From: Carpediemonas membranifera BICM
Lineage: Eukaryota; Protista; Fornicata
Direction of reading: 5' to 3'
Length of the DNA: 64,000 bases
NCBI GenBank assembly: GCA_019828565.1
Contig: JAHDYR010000041.1
Coordinates: 37,615 to 101,614, forward strand
Made by a program: the position numbers and the translations under genes. The stretch's first letter is position 1, and each line of letters begins with the position of its first letter. Positions 23,261 to 32,769 of the stretch are shown piece by piece. Under the pieces are notes generated by a model. It made no database searches. It was not told where the DNA came from and was given only the letters and a program-made list of their open reading frames with translations.

Positions 23261-23992
23261 TTACGAGTATAAAATAGGATAATCAATGGGCAGGTTGACG
23301 ATGCCGGTGTCGAACTTGAGGTTGGTGCGGACAACAACGGCCTTTGCAACCTCGTTCTTCTCGAACACCTCGGCCAGCTTCTCCCTCAGAGCCTCCTCGG
23401 TGTCGGGGTAGACTGCAGCCAGGAGCATGGGGCTGCCCTTGGCGATGGCGGCGACAGACCCCATGGCGGCGAGGGCAGACACAGAGACGATGTACAGGGT
23501 CTCGCCAACAAAGACGGGAGAGTCAGGGTCAGCGTGCATCAGGTCCGCGGGCCAGCAGGCGAGGTGGGAGGACGACTGAATGTCGGCGTCGTTGCCAGTC
23601 TCGAGGTCGGCGGGGAAGCGGCGCTTCTCGAGAGGAGGGTAGACTTGGTTGCACGTCGGGCAGACGTTGGCCTTGTTGTTGGCCTTGCGGCTGCCAGCCA
23701 TGAACGCCTTGCCGTTGCCGACGTTGGAAGCGCAGCTGGCACAGTCACCGTTGCACTTCCCGGCTGCCCGCTTCTGGCCGCAGCTCATCGCGGACTCAGG
23801 GATCTCGGCAGCAGTGCCACAGTGAATGCCGTCGCAGTTGGAGCAGTTGCCGGTGCAGTGGTGCTCTGGAGCGGCAGGCTTGCTGCCACAGCCGCCGGAG
23901 CATCCGCCAGCAAGCACGGCTTGCGGCTTGCTACTGCAAGCGTTAGAAGAGCAACTGGCACAATCACCAGAACATTGGAACTGGTTCTGCAT
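23261..23992 (-). CDS. Cys-rich protein with a C-terminal domain resembling anaerobic-bacterial Fe-S cluster-binding proteins
   Basis: Three CxGxCxxC repeats; SHLACWPADLMHADPDSPVF..LREKLAEVFEKNEVAKAVVVR. Confidence 0.6.
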   Translation of the reverse strand: MQNQFQCSGDCASCSSNACSSKPQAVLAGGCSGGCGSKPAAPEHHCTGNCSNCDGIHCGTAAEIPESAMSCGQKRAAGKCNGDCASCASNVGNGKAFMAGSRKANNKANVCPTCNQVYPPLEKRRFPADLETGNDADIQSSSHLACWPADLMHADPDSPVFVGETLYIVSVSALAAMGSVAAIAKGSPMLLAAVYPDTEEALREKLAEVFEKNEVAKAVVVRTNLKFDTGIVNLPIDYPILYS

Positions 23993-24125
23993 GTCTGCAA
24001 TGATTTCTCACGGCACTGATTCGCGGCACACAGTGGAAACAAGTTATGGCCATGGGCCCTCGGATCACGTAAATGATGGACTGGCGCTGCGATTTAGTAC
24101 ACGATAGCCGATCATCGTCGGCCAT

Positions 24126-24836
24126 TCACCTCAGACACGAAGTCTCGGCCAGCGCGAGGACGAACTCATCAGCAGTCGGCAGTCGATTCGGCCTGGCATT
24201 CAGACATGACTCCACTGCCTCCCGGATCGGCTGATACGCTGGGGCGGTGGTGGATGGCATGGCCGCGAGCTCAATGAGGGTGTCGACGAGCCGGTCGGCT
24301 GGGACGGCAGAGTCGAGCTTGGCCTGGACGCCCTCGAGGAACGCACCGTAGAAGAAGAGCAGCTCGAACAGACGCACATAGTGTGTAGTGGCAAGCTTGT
24401 TGCCGTCAGCCCATCCCGCGAGCCGGGAAATGGCAAAGATCCTCGCCGTCATCTCCGGGGGGAAGTCGGGGCACAGCAGCCGCACCCACTGGTGCCAGTC
24501 CTGCTCAGGGAGTGCGCTGTCGATGACACTGGTGGTCTTCTTGAGCTGTACACACAGGGACCATCTGTTGAGCGTCGTCCGGCTGGAGTAGTCGTACTCC
24601 CGGAACAGGACGTTACGTCCGGACATGACACTGGCAAAACTGGGTAATTCTATGGCGTAGTAAATCGGTACGTACTAGTTGGCAAGATCTCGCGCTGTTT
24701 GGCCTTCAGACACATTTTGTGTGACGTTCAAGGCATCCTGGACGTAAACATCCAGGCTAAACCGGTCAATATACTCTTTGGGACTCCATTTGAATCGTTC
24801 CTCTTCTAATTTGGCCTGTCGAGAGGGATTTTGCAT
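24126..24836 (-). CDS. CSTPP1: C11orf49/CSTPP1-like (tubulin polyglutamylase complex regulator), one intron 24640-24675
   Basis: EYIDRFSLDVYVQDAL..N/YFASVMSGRNVLFREY..NR..LLCPDFP. Confidence 0.75.
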
Positions 24837-24874
24837 TGGCCAGGGCAAAACTGCACACTTGTGTGCTGGCGCCG

Positions 24875-25192
24875 TCACCCCTCCAGGCCGGCCTTCTCGG
24901 CAGCCCGGTCCTCCCGCATCATCTTCACGGCTCTGGCGACTATTCTCTGTCGCCACTCGGCCTCCTCCTCGGCCCCGCCGCGGTCCATCATCGGCGGCAC
25001 CTGGACGATGGTGGCACGCTCGTTATCCATAGCAATGACTGCGCTCTTCATCTGATCGCTGATGATGGTCTTATCGACTGAAACCTGCGCAGCACTCGTT
25101 TTCTCCTCCTTGTTCCCGTACTGCTCGTAATCAGACACAAATCCGAAGCTATCAGACTCATAACTGTCATATGCATCAGACTCGTCGCTCAT
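24875..25192 (-). CDS. Hypothetical acidic protein
   Basis: About 105-aa ORF; 5' part duplicated at 27224-27602. Confidence 0.5.
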   Translation of the reverse strand: MSDESDAYDSYESDSFGFVSDYEQYGNKEEKTSAAQVSVDKTIISDQMKSAVIAMDNERATIVQVPPMMDRGGAEEEAEWRQRIVARAVKMMREDRAAEKAGLEG

Positions 25193-25603
25193 TTCCCTTC
25201 CAAAGCTCCAAACCGACAGACCTCTGTCCGTCGCACCAATCAAGCTATACATACCTCATGTAACAAAGTAAATTAAGCCTGCTAGCCTTTGTAACACCCT
25301 CTCAGTCGATCCCACACTCAAGCTGCTGGGGCCGGGGCCGGGATGATGGCGTCGTGAAGGCCAGCTCGATCAGAGGGACGGCCTTCAAGGCATGATTCTG
25401 GCTCAACGGGGCGTCATCTCTCGCCCTCCTTTACCCGCAAGACGTTGTAGCAACGACAGAAGAACTGCTGGACCAAGCCGTCCAGCTGCTCCTGGGCTCA
25501 AGGAGGCCGCATTCAAGGCTCTTCCACGAGGACCACGAGGATATTGCGAAGTGTTTACGTTAATAGGATATGTAATACTGACCAACACTTCTCGACCGAC
25601 TCT

Positions 25604-26383
25604 CTAGAAGACATACTGGTTGAGCCCCTCCATGGAGTCCATGCCTAGCTCGAGACCCATGCCGTGGTCAGCTAGGCCAAACAGTCCCATCTCGCGGGGG
25701 GTCGGCTGGGGGGTGTCGCCGAACCAGGACTGGTTGTTGACGGGCATGCGGTTGGAGAGCATGGGGTGGGGGTCGACGTCCTCGGACAGGGTCCGCATCG
25801 AAAGGTGGGGCATAGAGATCGCGTGGGCGCTGTGGTATTGGGCGAGGTTCTGGTCAGACTGGCGGAGCTGCGCGGCGAGAGTGGCGTTCTGGGTGCGGAG
25901 AATGGTGTTCTGTCGCATGAGCTCCTCGTGGGCCTTGTGGGCCGTCTGCAGCTGCTCGATGAGGTACATCTTGTCCATGGACTCGTCCGACATATCGAGG
26001 TTGCGGTGAGGCGGGGGAGGAGGCGGGAGAGTGACGCCCTCGAGCAGGCGGGGATCCCACCAATGGCGGTAAGGGCAGCCGGCTCTGGCGCAGCGGCCGG
26101 ACTTCAGGAAGTCAACGCAGATGGGAACACTGTCAGTGCGGTCGCCAGGGACTCGGCGCATGTAGTGGGCGGCGGACTGGGGGAAGCGCTTCTTGAGCTC
26201 TTCTTCTGTGGGATGCCAATACTTGCAACTCTTGCGAGTGCAAACGCCTCTAAGAAAGTCTCTGCAGATCTCACGAGTTTCAATAGGGCCTCGCTGGTTC
26301 TGGTTCTTCTCGATTCTGCGAGGAGATCTAAGGGTTTGAATGGATTGCTGTTGAATGGAATCGTCCGTTCTCGACACGTCCAT
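25604..26383 (-). CDS. Tandem CCCH zinc-finger protein with coiled coil
   Basis: CRDFLRGVCTRKSCKYWH and CVDFLKSGRCARAGCPYRH. Confidence 0.9.
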   Translation of the reverse strand: MDVSRTDDSIQQQSIQTLRSPRRIEKNQNQRGPIETREICRDFLRGVCTRKSCKYWHPTEEELKKRFPQSAAHYMRRVPGDRTDSVPICVDFLKSGRCARAGCPYRHWWDPRLLEGVTLPPPPPPHRNLDMSDESMDKMYLIEQLQTAHKAHEELMRQNTILRTQNATLAAQLRQSDQNLAQYHSAHAISMPHLSMRTLSEDVDPHPMLSNRMPVNNQSWFGDTPQPTPREMGLFGLADHGMGLELGMDSMEGLNQYVF

Positions 26384-27223
26384 TAGAAAACAACAAGTCT
26401 ATGAGCTAAGAGCACTTTAAGGTCTGCAGTCGTTCGAGTCGAGCCTTTGCTGATTCCTGCCAACTGCATTTTCAACAAAATGGCTCGGCTAGACCCGGTA
26501 TCGGCCTGTTCCATGCTGGACTCTAGTTCTCTCGAAGTCATCATAAATGAGATCAAAGCGGATCGCACCTATTCGGGCCGCGGCCGATGAGAACAAGGCA
26601 CAGATTCGGGTTGGAGATATAGAGCTGCACCCCAAAATCACCACGAGAAGGCCCAGCGAGACCCCGGATAATGCTTTTCAGTGTCGTATCAGATGGATCT
26701 GGTGCCGGGCCCGAGTTCGTCTGAGTGATCAGCGCGAAACCGCACAATAACGACGCTATGACCATCTATCAGTAAATGTTGGAGTGTTCTTGGTCCTTAG
26801 GCGTTCCAAAGTGCTGAGCTTGTCACAGACTGCTTCCTTCATTCCAGCAATTTCTTGTCAGCGCTGAAACAGCGTAAAGAACATTGATGTGTGTTTACTG
26901 ACGTCTATTGCTCCCTATTCAGCTCGTAAAATTGTTATATTTCATCGTTATTTTCAACCCTCAGAGCCTCAGATGCAGCAGGCGACTGCGGATAAAACTG
27001 TGCCACAGGCGCCCCGGGTTCAGTGTCCTGAGGCCCTGCATTCACTGCTGGATGATCCTTTTCATCCATCTTATGCATGTGGGGCGCGGGAGTCCGCCCC
27101 AGCCCAGGACCAGCGTTGACCGGGGACGGCGTGGACGGGACAACCATTGACTCGACGTGTAGGGGGCCGGCCCAGGACAGCTACTGTCCGTTGAGAGGTC
27201 AATCATCTTGGCGGCCAGGTCGA

Positions 27224-27602
27224 ACTCGGCCTCCTCCTCGGCCCCGTCGCGGTCCATCATCGGCGGCACCTGGACGATGGTGGCACGCTCGTTATCCATA
27301 GCAATGACTGCGCTCTTCATCTGATCGCTGATGATGGTCTTATCGACTGAAACCTGCGCAGCACTCGTTTTCTCCTCCTTGTTCCCGTACTGCTCGTAAT
27401 CAGACACAAATCCGAAGCTATCAGACTCATAACTGTCATATGCATCAGACTCGTCGCTCATTTCCCTTCCAAAGCTCCAAACCGACAGACCTCTGTCCGT
27501 CGCACCAATCAAGCTATACATACCTCATGTAACAAAGTAAATTAAGCCTGCTAGCCTTTGCAACACCCTCTCAGTCGATCCCACACTCAAGCTGCTGGGG
27601 CC
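27224..27602. repeat. Local ~380-bp duplication of 24955-25333
   Basis: Near-identical sequence with very few substitutions. Confidence 0.95.
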
Positions 27603-27657
27603 AGGCCGCCGTTGGGATCCGGCTAGATCATCCAAGCTGGCAGGAACCGCTAATTTA

Positions 27658-30600
27658 TCATGTATCAAGGGCCATCTCCTCGATCATCTGGGCCCTCAAC
27701 CGCTTGATGAGTTGTGGCACTAATGGTGTCGATAGGTGGAACACGCTTGCCAGGCTGTGGACGATAGCGGGTGTGGGGGTCTCGATGCTAAGCGCAAGGT
27801 CAAGGACGGTCTGCTCGATGCTCCCAATCAATTCATCCGCTCTGATCGGCAGCTGCTCCAGTCTGCGGTGAATTGTGGCCAATAGCTCAATGCGGGCAAC
27901 ACCGCCGCTGCCCCCGTACAGCCCGAAGTTCACAAGCTGACCTGCCAATGTGAAGACGCTCAGCATGCTGGTGTCAGTCGGGTCTGAGCCCAGCACAGTG
28001 TCCAGCACGGCATCAAGGTGCTTTGGCGTCGGGTCAGGCGGCAGGGACTCGATCGTCAGGACTGAAGGGCACTTTAAGACCGCCAGACGTTCGAGGACCC
28101 TGGGGTGGGTGTCGAGACCGGCATTCGCGAATAGCTGGAATGGCACCTCGTTCCTAATAAGCGTAAGTCCAATCTCTGCTGACTCATCAGTTCGAGGGAA
28201 TCCGAATCCAGATTCTGTGAGGACGAGATCGTTGAGACCATCAGTCAGCAGTGCAATGGCGACAGCGTCATAGGAAGGGGCACCGCGCAGCCCGCAGGTC
28301 TTGTGGACGATCTCGATAGTCTCCGCGCTCGGCTTCTTCAGACACTGGAGGAGGATGTCCCACAGCACCACGGAGCGGTGCTTGGAGAGCCGCTCGACTA
28401 CAGCCTTGACAACGGCGTTCACAGTCTCAGGTGTGGGTTTTCCCTTGACCAACGCCTTCAGGGTGAGGGTCAGTGCTGCAGGGGTGACCACTGGGCAGGC
28501 CGAGTCGATGCCGAGTGCGATGATGCCGGGCAGCATCGGGTAGAGTCTGGGCAGCGCGGCCTCGACGACCTTGGTCTCGCCCAGTGCACTGATGCCAGTG
28601 AGGATGCTCCCATGCAGGGCGTTGCGGGGGCATGCCACCCTCAGCGACCGGGCCATCTGCTGCAGTATGACGGCCCATTGGGAAGTTGTCAGCAGGGCTG
28701 GGAGGGCCTTGGCGGTCAGGGATCTGATATGAATGCGGGGGTGGGCCAGGAGGTCAATGACCATGTCCGTCGGCACGTACGAGTCCGTCGGCGCTGAGGT
28801 GTGCCGGCTGAGCGTCCCCAGCAGAAGCAGCGCAGCGACGGGCGTGAACCCAGCCGGGCACGTCCTCAGCGCGGTCAGGGCCTCCTTGGTAAACCGCGGC
28901 CAGCGCTTCTCCATGGCGGGGAATGTGATGCCGGGATACAGGATCTGGGGCGATATCCACTTCAACGCCGAGCATGCAGCGTTTCTGAGGATGAAGGACG
29001 GATGTCCAGACGTCTGCAGGGCCAGCAGCAGAAGCCGCTCGTGGAAGGGAGTGAGCATCGCCCTCAGATCAGCGTTCTGCAGCGCTGTCTCCGCCATATT
29101 CAGCAGAGTGACTGTCGCGGCGTTGCAGTCGATGCCCTGAGGCGGGGACATGTCCGTGTCCCACTTCACCTGCTGGGGTAGCGGGGTCGAGCGGACATCA
29201 GCGGGCATGAAGTGCTCCAGCCAACGCCACAGTGAGAATGTGATCGGATACGTGTCCGCGCAGTACTGCGACTGGTCCCTGAGAGACAGCTGCCCCCATG
29301 ACACCGGCACCGCCTTGCCAAACCCGGCACTCACCGCCCTGAATTCGGCCGATATGATCTGGGCCATTGCTATGGGGATTCCCCCGCCCCTCTTGCCGCT
29401 GTACGTGGCCCCGCCGATGACAGCGAGCAGGGCTGTGTGGACGAGGTCCCTCACAGCCTTACGGGACGCCAGGATGGGCTTGACGGCCTCTATCATCGAC
29501 GCCGTGCTGCTGGCCCGGCTCAAAGTCCTTGTCTCAGAGTGTAGCCGGGGTGCGGTCCCCGCATCCGACCCCGTCTGGCCATGGAGGCGGACGTCACGGC
29601 TGCTGGGGGTCCTGAAGGCATTGAGGTGGGCGTCAGTGAGGGTCTTATTCACTCTCTTCCGTTTCATCTGCCGCTCCTCGTGGATGGCCGTCTCCTCGAT
29701 ACCTGCATGTGCCAGAACGACAAACACGAAGTCACCCGCCGCCCTAGCGAGCGTGTCGACGAGGGCGGGGTGGAATGAGTCCCGGCAGGCCTCTAGTAAG
29801 GGTGGGATACACTCCATGAGGTCTGCTGGTGACATCCCGGCGTATTGTGACCACTGCGCCGAGACCACGGCCATGTATGCGGCCCGTACCGATGCCCAAA
29901 GCCCGAGGAACTGGCTATGGTCCAAGTCATCGCCGTCTCTGTCGCCATGGGTGGCTAGACCCGTCTCCAGCAGCTCCGACTGGGACTCAATGGACGTAGG
30001 GGCATACACATAGGTCGACGGCATCGACCGGGCCGTGTCGAACAGCTGGCGGCACCTGGCTGCGAAGAGCTCGGACAGCAGGGGCCGGGACGGTCCTGTC
30101 ATGCCGTAGACGTCGATGAGGTGGAGCAGCGTCAGCACGCGGCCATAGATGGGGCCTGCGGTGGGATCGCCGACGAGAACCCCAACGCCCTTGACCACGG
30201 ATGTCACCACTGCGCTGTGAAGGGCGTTGATGAGCGGTTGTGGGGTGGTCGGGTCCGTATCGTCGAGATCTACTGTGAGATTGAGTGAATCTGCGAGCGA
30301 TCCGAGGACCGCAATAGGGTCTGACACGTACCCGGCGCTGATTGTCAGCAGGAGAGCGGTCAGCTGTGCTGCAGCGGTCCCAGCAATCCTAGGTAAGGAG
30401 CTATCAATTCCAGTGATATCGGCTACGACCGTCTTGAGTGTGTCAGATGGGATGACGCCTGGCGTGCACTTGGGGGGCAGTGACAGGGTTGCTGCCATGA
30501 TCGCTGCCGCCAGTCTCTTGTCAGGGAGTCGCTGAGCGTGCAGCAGCGATGTCAGCACCGGTACAAAGTGGAGCGCCCTGATCTGCACTGGGAACCGGGC

Positions 30601-31392
30601 AGTGCCCTGGTAAATGTCGTCGGATGCCCTCATCGGATGGTCCGGCGGTGCTGCCAGCATCACAGGGTTGTCGGCGAGCTGTCTGACGCTCGGGCAGGTC
30701 GACCTGACGTGGAATCCGAGTGCAGACACCAGCCGCTCCGTCTTCTCGCGGCCACGGGAATGGACACCGACAGGGTCAGCTGAGAGGCTTGGGATGCCGG
30801 CCAATGCCGTTCGGACGGTGGTCTTGGCGTTCTGGCGGAGGAACAGATACGTCGGGAAGTGGGACATGGCGTGCACTGCCTCAGAGAAGTGCTGGATCAG
30901 CTGGCACGACCCTACGGCGGCTTGGTAGATGCTGGAGGCCGGATTAGGGTCTATTCCCTGAGCAATATTGCTCTCAATAGCCGTTATGGCGTCTGAGAGG
31001 AGCTGGCCCAGCGTGTCGATGAGACGCTGCATGAAGAGAGATAGGCGGGTCAGATACTCCTCAGTCTCTGCCCGGACGGCCCTGGGGAGCTGGGGGGAGG
31101 AGAGCTTGCGGGTAAAGTGGGTGTGGCCCTGGCAGACCGAGCGGTAGAACCTCGTAGAGGCGAATAGAACACCTTCGTGGAGGAACTGCTTCGTCATCAT
31201 CTCGATAGTGAGGGGAAGAGCGCGCATGTACAGTGCCATTGTGTCCTGAGGGATGAAGTCCTGAGGACGGTGCTTGCAGAAGGTCTCACGCCATGCAGTG
31301 ATGCGGACCTTACAATCTGACGACAATAAACGGACGAGAGCAGGTTCAAGCTCCACAAACGCGTGTTTGCGGCTTGTTGAACCGTAGTCCAT
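27658..31392 (-). CDS. THADA/Trm732-like ARM-repeat protein
   Basis: KRGGGIP, HPSFILRNAA, HPRIHIRSLTAKAL and NALHGSIL follow the order of THADA/DUF2428-region motifs. Confidence 0.7.
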   Translation of the reverse strand: MDYGSTSRKHAFVELEPALVRLLSSDCKVRITAWRETFCKHRPQDFIPQDTMALYMRALPLTIEMMTKQFLHEGVLFASTRFYRSVCQGHTHFTRKLSSPQLPRAVRAETEEYLTRLSLFMQRLIDTLGQLLSDAITAIESNIAQGIDPNPASSIYQAAVGSCQLIQHFSEAVHAMSHFPTYLFLRQNAKTTVRTALAGIPSLSADPVGVHSRGREKTERLVSALGFHVRSTCPSVRQLADNPVMLAAPPDHPMRASDDIYQGTARFPVQIRALHFVPVLTSLLHAQRLPDKRLAAAIMAATLSLPPKCTPGVIPSDTLKTVVADITGIDSSLPRIAGTAAAQLTALLLTISAGYVSDPIAVLGSLADSLNLTVDLDDTDPTTPQPLINALHSAVVTSVVKGVGVLVGDPTAGPIYGRVLTLLHLIDVYGMTGPSRPLLSELFAARCRQLFDTARSMPSTYVYAPTSIESQSELLETGLATHGDRDGDDLDHSQFLGLWASVRAAYMAVVSAQWSQYAGMSPADLMECIPPLLEACRDSFHPALVDTLARAAGDFVFVVLAHAGIEETAIHEERQMKRKRVNKTLTDAHLNAFRTPSSRDVRLHGQTGSDAGTAPRLHSETRTLSRASSTASMIEAVKPILASRKAVRDLVHTALLAVIGGATYSGKRGGGIPIAMAQIISAEFRAVSAGFGKAVPVSWGQLSLRDQSQYCADTYPITFSLWRWLEHFMPADVRSTPLPQQVKWDTDMSPPQGIDCNAATVTLLNMAETALQNADLRAMLTPFHERLLLLALQTSGHPSFILRNAACSALKWISPQILYPGITFPAMEKRWPRFTKEALTALRTCPAGFTPVAALLLLGTLSRHTSAPTDSYVPTDMVIDLLAHPRIHIRSLTAKALPALLTTSQWAVILQQMARSLRVACPRNALHGSILTGISALGETKVVEAALPRLYPMLPGIIALGIDSACPVVTPAALTLTLKALVKGKPTPETVNAVVKAVVERLSKHRSVVLWDILLQCLKKPSAETIEIVHKTCGLRGAPSYDAVAIALLTDGLNDLVLTESGFGFPRTDESAEIGLTLIRNEVPFQLFANAGLDTHPRVLERLAVLKCPSVLTIESLPPDPTPKHLDAVLDTVLGSDPTDTSMLSVFTLAGQLVNFGLYGGSGGVARIELLATIHRRLEQLPIRADELIGSIEQTVLDLALSIETPTPAIVHSLASVFHLSTPLVPQLIKRLRAQMIEEMALDT

Positions 31393-31613
31393 TGTGCCGC
31401 ATCATTTGATTGCCAACGAAGCTTGGCCACAATCGCCAGTACTCGAGTATGATGACTCTCATCGAGGTCAGCAACGGGGATTGAAGCAGCCTAGATTGAC
31501 GAGGTGGTCTCCAGCTTTATTCAGCATGCTCAGCCTGTGGATGGCCCAAGACTTGGACGAACAAGGTCGTTCGGGTCCATCGCCTTCTTTCACATTAAAA
31601 TACGTCTGCCCCC

Positions 31614-32207
31614 TCACCGCTTGGACCCGAGCAGTTTTGTGTGCATGATAATAAGGAGGGTGGCGTCCATCAGCAGACCAAGGATCAACCCGCCCGTCGC
31701 CATGATCAGACGCGTGTTGAGCTCAGCCCCCATAAGCACGCCGAGGAAATAACCCACGACTGCGAGGCAAACGATGGTGGCGAAGAGGGCCAGGACAGAC
31801 CGGACCTCGTACTCGTCGGACATCCGGAGACAGTGGTTCATCGCCTCGTCCTCTACTTCTAGGTTCATCAGACGGCTGCGGACTGACTTCTCTGTGACTG
31901 GGTTAGCGCGGGGGCGGGAGGACGAACGCTGCGAGATGGCGGCGGCTACTTCCTTCTCAGTGACGGTGGTCTGGGGTTTCTTGGTGACAGTACGCATCTT
32001 GCACTTCTTGACTATCTCAATCGGTGTCATATAGTCGCTAGGGACCTGTCGAAGGATCGATTCAGCAATGAGCTTGCGTTTTGGATCGGCGAAGACAGCA
32101 AGGTTGATAAACTTCGGACCAAGTGCAAGTTTGAACACATTCGTCTGAATGAGCTCCATGAATTCATTAGTAGTCTCGTAGAACGTCTGATTCGTCAGTG
32201 GCATCAT
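31614..32207 (-). CDS. Vma12/TMEM199-like V-ATPase assembly factor
   Basis: About 200 aa; short coiled segment, then two C-terminal TM helices ending GLLMDATLLII. Confidence 0.5.
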   Translation of the reverse strand: MMPLTNQTFYETTNEFMELIQTNVFKLALGPKFINLAVFADPKRKLIAESILRQVPSDYMTPIEIVKKCKMRTVTKKPQTTVTEKEVAAAISQRSSSRPRANPVTEKSVRSRLMNLEVEDEAMNHCLRMSDEYEVRSVLALFATIVCLAVVGYFLGVLMGAELNTRLIMATGGLILGLLMDATLLIIMHTKLLGSKR

Positions 32208-32729
32208 TGTGCAGATTATGCCAGCAGCTCGTTCGCTCCGCGGTCTGTTCACACGTGTGAATGTGTGCCGTTCGTGTGGTTCTGTCCTGGTCGCGTCGGT
32301 AATCCCGAGCGTGCTTTGCCTTGTTGGGGTTCATCGCAATCAGCCCATCCACAACTCTATCGATCTCTCAGTCACCTCGGCAATAAACTCCTCGTCATCC
32401 TCGTCGTATCATGGTGTCACATTGGGGATGGTGAACGGAGTGAGCAAATCTGGCAAATCAGTTTACCCGGTACCGAGCTGGCTGAGCGGCCAGAAGAACA
32501 AACTGCCTAATGCCGGCTTGTGCTTCTCATCACTCTTTGCTTTTGTCCTCACGCTCCTCAATCCGACGGAGACGACCTTGACGCTCGATCCAAGATAAAT
32601 AGAACGACACTCGCAGCGGCGCGTCAGACTGACCGTGGTAACTCCTTGCCCTTGTGGCCAGGTCAACACTTGGATAGCTGCGCGATGAATAATGTGAGCT
32701 GTGCGCGGCAAGAGCGGGCTATATCCCAA

Positions 32730-32749
32730 CCTTACCTTACCTTACCTTA
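32730..32749. repeat. (CCTTA)4 tract near the gene-block/retroelement boundary
   Basis: ccttaccttaccttacctta; reverse complement of the 2626 tract. Confidence 0.9.
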
Positions 32750-32769
32750 TCATTTATCAATCTAACACA

